Positions 27,516 through 34,438 of a stretch of 64,000 bases of DNA are shown one piece after another. Within the stretch, counting starts at the first letter, position 1. Every line of letters starts with the position of its first letter. Below the pieces are notes generated by a model, which worked only from the letters and a program-made list of their open reading frames with translations, did not search any database and was not told where the DNA came from. Source of the stretch: an uncultured bacterium (GTDB taxonomy: Bacteria > Verrucomicrobiota > Kiritimatiellia > RFP12 > UBA1067); NCBI GenBank assembly GCA_902802945.1, contig CADCOC010000030.1:2533-66532 (forward strand), read 5' to 3'. Both the position numbers and the translations under genes were made by a program.

Positions 27516-27583
27516 TTCTACACGTTCTACATGTTCTACACGGCTATTCATTCTACACCCTTACGCTACACGCTCTACACGGC
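27516..27583. repeat. Intercistronic GTAGAAC(A/G)TG 9-nt-period repeat (rfbF|rfbG junction)
   Basis: It has the same 32-nt core as 24064-24095, followed by attctacacccttacgctacacgctctacacggct, which abuts the rfbF stop. Confidence 0.85.
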
Positions 27584-28411
27584 TCATTTCCAGCACCGCG
27601 TCCAAGGGGCGTTTCCGCTTTTCCACAGTTCATTCAGCAACTGGTACTCGCGGCTTGTGTCCATGCACTGCCAGAAGCCCTCGTGGCGGTAGATCGTCAT
27701 CTCGCCCGCCTCTGCCGCTTTCTGCATCGGGTCGCGCTCGAAGAACATCTGCGGATCGTCCGTGAGGAATTTCTTCAGGAAGCCGCGCGACACCACCATG
27801 AACCCGCCGTTGATGTACCCCTGTGCGACGGCCGGCTTTTCCTCGAACCGAACGATCCGATCGCCCTCTGTCACCATCTCGCCGAAACGTGCCGCCGGAT
27901 GCACGGCCGAGACCGTGATTTCGCGCCCAGCGGCACGATGCGTTTTCAGGAGTTCGGCGATATCGACGTCCGCCACGCCGTCGCCGTAGGTGAGGAAGAA
28001 CTCGCGGTCGGTCGGCTTCAGGTACTTCGCCGCCTGAAAGACGCGGCCCCCCGTGCCGGTTTCAAGACCGGTTCCCGCCAACGTGACCTCCCAGTCCCCT
28101 TCCGGCACCTTCTCGTGGAACTTGATCTTCGGCGAATGGCCGAGCGTGATCGTGGCATCGCTTGTACGCAAGTGGTAGTTCATGAAGTAGTCCACGAACA
28201 CCTCGCGCTTGTAGCCGAGACAGAGAATGAAGCGCTTGCAGCCGAACGCCGCGTAACTCTTCATGATATGCCACAGAATCGGCTGCTCGCCAATCGGCAC
28301 CATTGGCTTTGGCAACAGCTCCGTCACGTCGCGCAGACGCGTCCCCTTGCCGCCGCAGAGGATCATCACGGGCGGCATCGCCCCGGAAATCTTCTTGTTT
28401 GTTGCTTTCAT
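27584..28411 (-). CDS. rfbF: Glucose-1-phosphate cytidylyltransferase
   Basis: VMILCGGKGTRLR, PKPMVPIGEQPILWHIM, LTYGDGVADVDI, GGFMV. Confidence 0.9.
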   Translation of the reverse strand: MKATNKKISGAMPPVMILCGGKGTRLRDVTELLPKPMVPIGEQPILWHIMKSYAAFGCKRFILCLGYKREVFVDYFMNYHLRTSDATITLGHSPKIKFHEKVPEGDWEVTLAGTGLETGTGGRVFQAAKYLKPTDREFFLTYGDGVADVDIAELLKTHRAAGREITVSAVHPAARFGEMVTEGDRIVRFEEKPAVAQGYINGGFMVVSRGFLKKFLTDDPQMFFERDPMQKAAEAGEMTIYRHEGFWQCMDTSREYQLLNELWKSGNAPWTRCWK

Positions 28412-28419
28412 CGGTCAAT

Positions 28420-28428
28420 AGTATAGCA
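28420..28428 (-). promoter_or_regulatory. Extended -10 box (TGCTATACT) 8 nt upstream of the rfbF ATG; possible leaderless start of the glycan operon
   Basis: The minus strand reads aattttGCTATACTattgaccgATG, with no SD. Confidence 0.35.
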
Positions 28429-28452
28429 AAATTGCAGATGAAGTTGCCGACA

Positions 28453-29190
28453 TTACTTGTTGAATCCAAGAACGTCCCTCATGGTGTAGAGACCCGGCGC
28501 GCGGTTCGCCGCCCACTGCGCGGCGCGCAAGGCGCCCGCAGCGAACGCCTCGCGGCTCTGAGCCTTGTGCGTGATCTCCACGCGCTCGACGTCGCCCGCG
28601 AACATCACGGTGTGGTCGCCCACCACGCTGCCACCCCGCAAGGCATGTACGGCGATCTCGCCCTTTGGGCGTTCCCCTACCATGCCCTTGCGCCCGTATA
28701 CGGCAACATCGTCAAATGCGATTCCGAGTCCATCGGCGGCAGACTTTGCCAGCATCAGGGCTGTACCGCTTGGTGCGTCCTTCTTGTGCCGATGGTGCAT
28801 CTCCACCACCTCCACGTCGTACTCGGAGCCAAGTACCTTCGCAGCGGTTTTGACGAGGTTCAGGAGCAGATTGACGCCAAGCGAGTAGTTCCCGCTCTGG
28901 ACAACCGGGATTTTCGTAGCGGCTGCATCCACGACGGCCTGTTCTTCCGGCGTCAGACCGGTCGTCCCGATCACGTATGGTATGCCCTGCTCTGCGGCCT
29001 TCGCAATGCTCGGCGGCACGGCGGAGTGGAACGAGAAGTCAATCACGGCCTCCGTGCCTTCCGGCCACTCGCGCACGAAGCCTTCCGCCACGTCGATCTC
29101 CGCGACGACCTCGAAGTCCTTGCCCTCGCCCGAAAGCTTTACGAGCATTCGTCCCATGCGCCCTGCGGCGCCGACTATTGCGATTTTCAT
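28453..29190 (-). CDS. dapB: 4-hydroxy-tetrahydrodipicolinate reductase
   Basis: MKIAIVGAAGRMG..., EMHHRHKKDAPSGTA. The start ATG 29190 has AAGGAG upstream. Confidence 0.9.
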   Translation of the reverse strand: MKIAIVGAAGRMGRMLVKLSGEGKDFEVVAEIDVAEGFVREWPEGTEAVIDFSFHSAVPPSIAKAAEQGIPYVIGTTGLTPEEQAVVDAAATKIPVVQSGNYSLGVNLLLNLVKTAAKVLGSEYDVEVVEMHHRHKKDAPSGTALMLAKSAADGLGIAFDDVAVYGRKGMVGERPKGEIAVHALRGGSVVGDHTVMFAGDVERVEITHKAQSREAFAAGALRAAQWAANRAPGLYTMRDVLGFNK

Positions 29191-29209
29191 GTTGTCTCCT
29201 TCTCGTTCT

Positions 29210-32200
29210 TTACCGTGCATACTTGGGCTTAAACACAGGCTGCGGAGTCGCCAAGGCGTCCTGCATCGCCTTGATCGCCGCGTCGAGCTGCGGGTCGCGC
29301 CCGGCCTCCTCGTCGGCCGGCGTGAGGTCCACCTCGATGTCCGGCTTCGCGCCGTTCTTCTCCATGTCGCTGCCGTCCATGAGGAACCAGCCGCGGCTGG
29401 GCACGCGGAACGTGCCGTAGTCGAGTAGGTTCTCGTCGCGCGTGGCGATCACGCCGCCGGCCGTGCGCCGCCCCACGAGCGGACCGCGCTTCAGCGTCTT
29501 GATCGCGTGGGAGAAGATCTCGCCATTGGAGAACACGTTCTCGTTCACCAGCACTGCCACGGGTTTCGAGAACACGGGACGGTTCCAGTAGCCGAACAGA
29601 TAGCCCACCTGCCCGCTCGGCCCGACGGCGCGCGAGTGGTCGCTACCGCAGATAATGGACAGCAGCAAGTCGGCCGTGAAGCCGCCCGTGTTGCCGCGCA
29701 CATCGATGATGAGCGCGTCCTTGCCCCAGCAGCGCGAATAGACCTCCTCCTCGAACACCTTGTATTCCTTCTGCTTCATCTTCCCAATGGCCAGGTAGCC
29801 GACGCGTCCCCCGGTCGCCGCCTCCACGCGGGCGCGCGTGGCCTTCACCTCCTCGTCGGCGATCAGCTCGCGTATCTGCCTATAGGTCGCCAGCTTGAGG
29901 TACACGGGATCCTCCTCGCGTCCCTTGAGGACGAGCTGGACCATGTCCTTCTCGGGCAGGTCCAGGATTTCCGCGAGGTGCGTGCCCTTCTCGAGACGCG
30001 TGCCGTTCACGGACAGGATTTCGTCGCCGACGGACAGTGTCCCCTCGGCCGGCGAGCCGGGGATCACTTCCGCCACCTTGAACGTGCCGGAGACGAACCG
30101 CACGCCGAGATGCCCCGTGTAGGCGGTCCAGTTATGCGGCTTCGGCGGACGCACCCATTCGCGGTTCGCCGACTCGGACTCCCAGAACCCGAGATGGGAG
30201 GCGTCCAGCTCGCCCATCATGAGTTCGAAGACGCGCGTGATGACGGAATAGCTGGAGGCATGGCGCGCAGCCTCCACGTATTTGTCCCGCACCGCCTTCC
30301 AGTTGACGCCGTGCATGTTTCTGTCGTAGAACCGGTCGCGGAGCATCGCCCAGGCCGTACGGAAGGCGAGTTCGCGGTAATCGCACATGTCGTCCTCGCG
30401 GCGGACTTCCAAGTTGAAGACCGTGTCCTTGTGCGCGGGCTTGTTGTCCACGACCCAGGCGAGGCGATTCTCCTTCGCGTACCAGTGGGGGTTGCGCCCG
30501 TGCTTGGACGACAGCTTCTCGCCCGTCAGGCGGTCCGGGACGTGCAACGTGTACGTGGACGACCCGCTGACGTAGGCGAGCGTGCGCGAATCGTGCGAGA
30601 AGAACGGATCCGTTCCCGAAACGCCCGTACACCGGATGCGGTCAAACAGCCCGTCAAATACGATGTTCACGCGCAGCGGTTCTTTCTTTTGCTCCTTCTT
30701 CCCGCCGTCGTCTTTCTTCTTGGGCAGGCCGATGGTACGGCGGGAGCGCTTGACGTCTCCGGCCTTTTCCGCAGCCTCGTCCTTGGGATCGAGGTAGACG
30801 TAGTAAATCTGGTCGCCGCCGGTGCCGGTTCCCGGACGGTTTCCCGACCACGCGAGCAACTTGCCGTCCGGACTCCACGCCGGCGTCCCGTCCCACTTCC
30901 AGTTCCGCGTCACGTTATACGGCTTTTCGTTGCCCTCTGCGGAGACAATCCACACGTCGCGGTTATCGTTCGCGTCCGAAAGTTCCAGCGCCAGGTAGCG
31001 CGCGTCGGGGCTCCAGGCGACAGAGCGGACGGCGTATGCCTCGGCACGTATTTCCCGCTTCCTGTCCTTCAGCGTCAGCACTTCAAGGCAGTCGTCCTGG
31101 CGCGGACAGGCGAGGCGCGTACCATTCGGCGAAACGTAAACACCCATGCGGACCGCGTCATCCGAAACGAGCGTCTCCGTCTTGAACGACGAATTCTCCC
31201 ACCAGGACAGATTCTCGTTCGCGCGGCGCGCACAGCAGAGATCAGATCCATCACCGCGATTCACCACGTAGTAGAGACAGGAACCGTCAGGCGCGAACGC
31301 ACACCGCGTCACGCGCGCAAGACGCCGATCCGCCACGAGGCGCGGCTTCTTGACGACCGTATCCATCGCGTAGAGACCGCCACCGCATGTGAACGCCACC
31401 TCCATGCCGTCCGAGCAGAACGTCATGTCGCCACCGCCTTCCGCGTTCCAGGCAGATGTGTAGTAACGACGACGACCGAAAATCGAGGACGACTGGATAC
31501 CGCTCGGCCGAAGCGCGATGCGCACGGGCTGGGGATGGTCTTGCGTCGGGTCGAACCGCCAGAAGTCGAAGCCGGCCCGCACCACCATCGTGCGGCCGTC
31601 TCCCGAAACCGACGGGTGGAGTGCCGCGTCGTTGCCGAAGGAGATCACTTCGCGGTCGGCGCCGTCCGCCAGCACGTACTCGCGCACGCCCGCCACGGTC
31701 GAACCCGGCCGACGGCCAAGGTAGTAGAAGGCCTTGCCGTCCGGACGCCACCGCGGGAAGAAGGCGTTGTCCGACTTCGTCGCCGCACGACGGAATTCCT
31801 TCGTCTGCATGTCATACAGCCAGATCTCTGCATCACAGGGCGTCTTTCCGGAACGGTACTTGCGGTAGATGTCGCCGCCGCGACGCGAGAACGCAAGCAG
31901 CCGGCCGTCGGGCGAAAGCGCCGCGTCGCGCGAACGAACGTGTTCAAAAGGATACGTCTCGCCGCCGTCCGGCGAGAAGAAGGCGATGCGCCAGGCCGTG
32001 GACGGCCTGCCGGCGTGGTCGCGCAACGCGCCGCCGACGAGACGCTTGCCGTCCGGCGCCCAACCGGAGAGGGCGGTCGGCTCGTTGTGGTGCGACACCT
32101 GGCGCACGCGCATCGTCGCCAAATCCATCACGAATATCTTGTTTCCTCCGTTGCGCGAGGAAAGATAGGCCACGCGGGTGCCGTCCGGCGAAAACGCCGG

Positions 32201-32425
32201 CCAGCCCTCGCGCGCCTCCTCGGGCGTGAGGCGCTCGGCCGTCCCGCCCGCCGTGGGCGCAATCCAGATCGAGTCGTTCCACTCGAACACGAACCGCGAG
32301 CCGTCGGCGTTGACGCTGGGACAGGAAGCGAGGTATATATTGGACCAGTCCCTCCCGTCGTCGCCGCCAGCGACGGCGGCGACGCACAGGAAAGACGCGA
32401 AAACAGCGTACAGGGAAGTCTTCAT
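29210..32425 (-). CDS. Tricorn-like protease: TolB-type beta-propellers, a PDZ domain and an S41 peptidase domain
   Basis: 1071 aa with a signal peptide. It has repeated P.FSPDG..LAY propeller motifs, a PDZ-like segment GDEILSVNG, and the S41 motif LIIDVRGNTGG. Confidence 0.8.
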   Translation of the reverse strand: MKTSLYAVFASFLCVAAVAGGDDGRDWSNIYLASCPSVNADGSRFVFEWNDSIWIAPTAGGTAERLTPEEAREGWPAFSPDGTRVAYLSSRNGGNKIFVMDLATMRVRQVSHHNEPTALSGWAPDGKRLVGGALRDHAGRPSTAWRIAFFSPDGGETYPFEHVRSRDAALSPDGRLLAFSRRGGDIYRKYRSGKTPCDAEIWLYDMQTKEFRRAATKSDNAFFPRWRPDGKAFYYLGRRPGSTVAGVREYVLADGADREVISFGNDAALHPSVSGDGRTMVVRAGFDFWRFDPTQDHPQPVRIALRPSGIQSSSIFGRRRYYTSAWNAEGGGDMTFCSDGMEVAFTCGGGLYAMDTVVKKPRLVADRRLARVTRCAFAPDGSCLYYVVNRGDGSDLCCARRANENLSWWENSSFKTETLVSDDAVRMGVYVSPNGTRLACPRQDDCLEVLTLKDRKREIRAEAYAVRSVAWSPDARYLALELSDANDNRDVWIVSAEGNEKPYNVTRNWKWDGTPAWSPDGKLLAWSGNRPGTGTGGDQIYYVYLDPKDEAAEKAGDVKRSRRTIGLPKKKDDGGKKEQKKEPLRVNIVFDGLFDRIRCTGVSGTDPFFSHDSRTLAYVSGSSTYTLHVPDRLTGEKLSSKHGRNPHWYAKENRLAWVVDNKPAHKDTVFNLEVRREDDMCDYRELAFRTAWAMLRDRFYDRNMHGVNWKAVRDKYVEAARHASSYSVITRVFELMMGELDASHLGFWESESANREWVRPPKPHNWTAYTGHLGVRFVSGTFKVAEVIPGSPAEGTLSVGDEILSVNGTRLEKGTHLAEILDLPEKDMVQLVLKGREEDPVYLKLATYRQIRELIADEEVKATRARVEAATGGRVGYLAIGKMKQKEYKVFEEEVYSRCWGKDALIIDVRGNTGGFTADLLLSIICGSDHSRAVGPSGQVGYLFGYWNRPVFSKPVAVLVNENVFSNGEIFSHAIKTLKRGPLVGRRTAGGVIATRDENLLDYGTFRVPSRGWFLMDGSDMEKNGAKPDIEVDLTPADEEAGRDPQLDAAIKAMQDALATPQPVFKPKYAR

Positions 32426-33513
32426 TATTTCGCCTTGCCCACGTACGCGATTTTGCCGGACTGAATCGACTCGTAGCAGCCGAGCATCGCCTGGATGGTC
32501 TGCTTATGCCACTTGAGGTTGATGAGCGGCGTCTTGTGGTTGCGGATGCAGTCGACGAACTCGTCAATGAGGCCCACCCACTCATCGAAGTACGTGTACT
32601 GCACGGTGTAGCGGTCGTTCGGCGCGCCGTTGTGGTATACGTTCGGGCCGAAGCAGTCGCAGCTGATCATGCCCTTTTCGCCCGTGATCGTCACGTTCAC
32701 TTCCATGCGCTTCGGGAAACGCTCCCAGCCCGGACCCGGCACCTTCAGCTTCTCCTCGAGGCGGCTCCACGACGGATCGAAGAGGAACGCCGTGCCGTCC
32801 TTCATCTTGCCCACGGCCATCAGCATGTCCTCGACCTTCAGCCCGTCGCGCAGGTTCGGTGCGACCTCGGCGTAGATGTAGTCGAAGTCAGAGCCGGTGA
32901 GGTGGCGGATGAGGTCGAAGATGTGCGGGTGGTCGCAGAGCGCGCCGCCGCGGAAGCGCGGATCGCCCTTCTTGAGCGGCACGACGCTCCCGAAGCTCGC
33001 CTTCGGGTCGCCCTGCCACGGGAACGCCCACACCGGTGAGAGCGTGATGTTCGTCATCTGCACGGCCTTGATCTTGCCGACGGCTCCTTCCTTCACGAGC
33101 TTCTCAAGACGGCGCACGACGGAGTTGTAGTGCATCTCGAGCTCGATCTGGCAGACGATCCCCGCCTTGTCGCAGAGGGCGATCATCTCATCGTACTCCT
33201 TCATGTCGAACGACGGGATCTTCATGGAGAGGATGTGGATGCCCTTCTCGGCACACCACTTCATCTGCTCGAAGTGGCGATCGTTCGCGGACGCGATCAC
33301 GACGGCCTCGATGTCGGGGTGCTTCTTGTACATCTCCTCGGGGTCGAGGTAGCAGGGCACGCCCGTCTTGTAGAGCTCGTAGACCTTCTTGGCCTCTTCG
33401 TCCTGCGCACAGGACGCCACCCAGTCGAGCTTCTTGTTCTCGATGAGCGTCTGGTAGTACTTGCGGGTATGACCGTGCGTCATTCCCATCATCGCGATTT
33501 TAACTGGTTTCAT
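32425..33513 (-). CDS. Gfo/Idh/MocA family oxidoreductase
   Basis: MKPVKIAMMGMTHGH... Rossmann N-terminus. I prefer ATG 33513 over the track TTG 33540. Confidence 0.75.
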   Translation of the reverse strand: MKPVKIAMMGMTHGHTRKYYQTLIENKKLDWVASCAQDEEAKKVYELYKTGVPCYLDPEEMYKKHPDIEAVVIASANDRHFEQMKWCAEKGIHILSMKIPSFDMKEYDEMIALCDKAGIVCQIELEMHYNSVVRRLEKLVKEGAVGKIKAVQMTNITLSPVWAFPWQGDPKASFGSVVPLKKGDPRFRGGALCDHPHIFDLIRHLTGSDFDYIYAEVAPNLRDGLKVEDMLMAVGKMKDGTAFLFDPSWSRLEEKLKVPGPGWERFPKRMEVNVTITGEKGMISCDCFGPNVYHNGAPNDRYTVQYTYFDEWVGLIDEFVDCIRNHKTPLINLKWHKQTIQAMLGCYESIQSGKIAYVGKAK

Positions 33514-33546
33514 GGTTTTGCTCAGTTTTAGATTTTTCAAGTTTTA

Positions 33547-33626
33547 GGACAGAGGACAAAGGACAGAAGACAAAGGTTTGAAAAACGATCCTTTGTCATT
33601 CGTCTTCTGTCTTTTGTCCTATCTCA
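33547..33626. repeat. Imperfect palindromic GACA(A/G)A(G/A)-heptad element, copy 2
   Basis: aggacagaggacaaaggacagaagacaaagg ... tcctttgtcattcgtcttctgtcttttgtcc. It starts 34 nt upstream of the downstream ATG, and its right arm reaches the upstream stop codon. This is the same layout as copy 1. Confidence 0.8.
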
Positions 33627-34371
33627 CCTCTGACACCTTGATCGACTGGTTCGTGTCGAGGCCCTTCTTGACGGCGATGGTCTTCGCGGCCTTCGCCTTG
33701 TCGGCGGCGAACGCGAGCGCGGCGGCCTTCGTCGCCTTCGCCCACGCGGCCTTCCACACCTTCGCGGAGGCGCGGCCCTGCAGAAGCGCGAACGCCGCGC
33801 GCACGTTCCAGACTTCCTCGTAGGTGAGGCCGAAGAGCTCGGTATCGACGTCCGTGAACTCCTCCATGCCATTCGCGTTCGAGACGCGGATCGACGCGTG
33901 CGGCGTGTGCGTATCAACCGTCTGGTCGCACGCGACGCCGCGCTTCGCGATGATCTCGTGGCGGTCATACGCGGCCTCGCTCCGAGGCAGGCCCGCGCCC
34001 ACTTCCACGGACACGTTCACGTCGTTCGCGAGCTTGGCGAGCACGTTGATCGCATTCCCGCTCGCGACGGCCATCACGCGCGTCACGTCGGACGCTCCGA
34101 GGTATGCGGCGAGGTCAAGCTCCTTTGCGAGCAGCGCCTCGGCGTCCGCGCCCTTCTGCGCGAACGACGCGAAGCGGAGCGTCGAAACGTCCTCCAGCGT
34201 GCCGTTTTCGGTCATCTTCTTGAGTTCGACGATCTTGCGCTCCATGCGTCCCGGCAGGAGCGGCGTGGCGCCCACGTAGCAGTGGCCGTCCTTGATCGTG
34301 ATCTCGCCCGCCTTCGCGCCGTACTTCTCGCGCAGGAAGTCGAGCCCTTTGTTCATTTTCTTGAGGTTCAT
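33619..34371 (-). CDS. Hypothetical protein (weakly reminiscent of a Gfo/Idh/MocA C-terminal domain) with an Ala/Lys-rich tail
   Basis: I prefer ATG 34371, which has AAAGGA 5 nt upstream, over the track start TTG 34401. No diagnostic motif was recognised. Confidence 0.5.
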   Translation of the reverse strand: MNLKKMNKGLDFLREKYGAKAGEITIKDGHCYVGATPLLPGRMERKIVELKKMTENGTLEDVSTLRFASFAQKGADAEALLAKELDLAAYLGASDVTRVMAVASGNAINVLAKLANDVNVSVEVGAGLPRSEAAYDRHEIIAKRGVACDQTVDTHTPHASIRVSNANGMEEFTDVDTELFGLTYEEVWNVRAAFALLQGRASAKVWKAAWAKATKAAALAFAADKAKAAKTIAVKKGLDTNQSIKVSEVR

Positions 34372-34384
34372 GGTTTCCTTTCTC

Positions 34385-34438
34385 GTTAACAACTTTAACA
34401 ACTTTTTCTAGGTATTCTAGATCTTCTAGCTCCTCTAG
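34385..34438. repeat. Intercistronic 9-nt-period array (NNNTTCTAG units)
   Basis: gttaacaac tttaacaac tttttctag gtattctag atcttctag ctcctctag. It fills the whole 63-nt spacer and runs into the stop codon of the upstream gene. Confidence 0.8.

Noticed and set aside
29507-32464. 985-aa plus-strand ORF, the second-longest plus-strand ORF in the window
   Set aside because: It lies exactly antisense to the tricorn-like protease gene, which has clear propeller, PDZ and S41 motifs. The translation is Arg/Ala/Gly/His-rich with no motifs. This is a typical high-GC shadow ORF.
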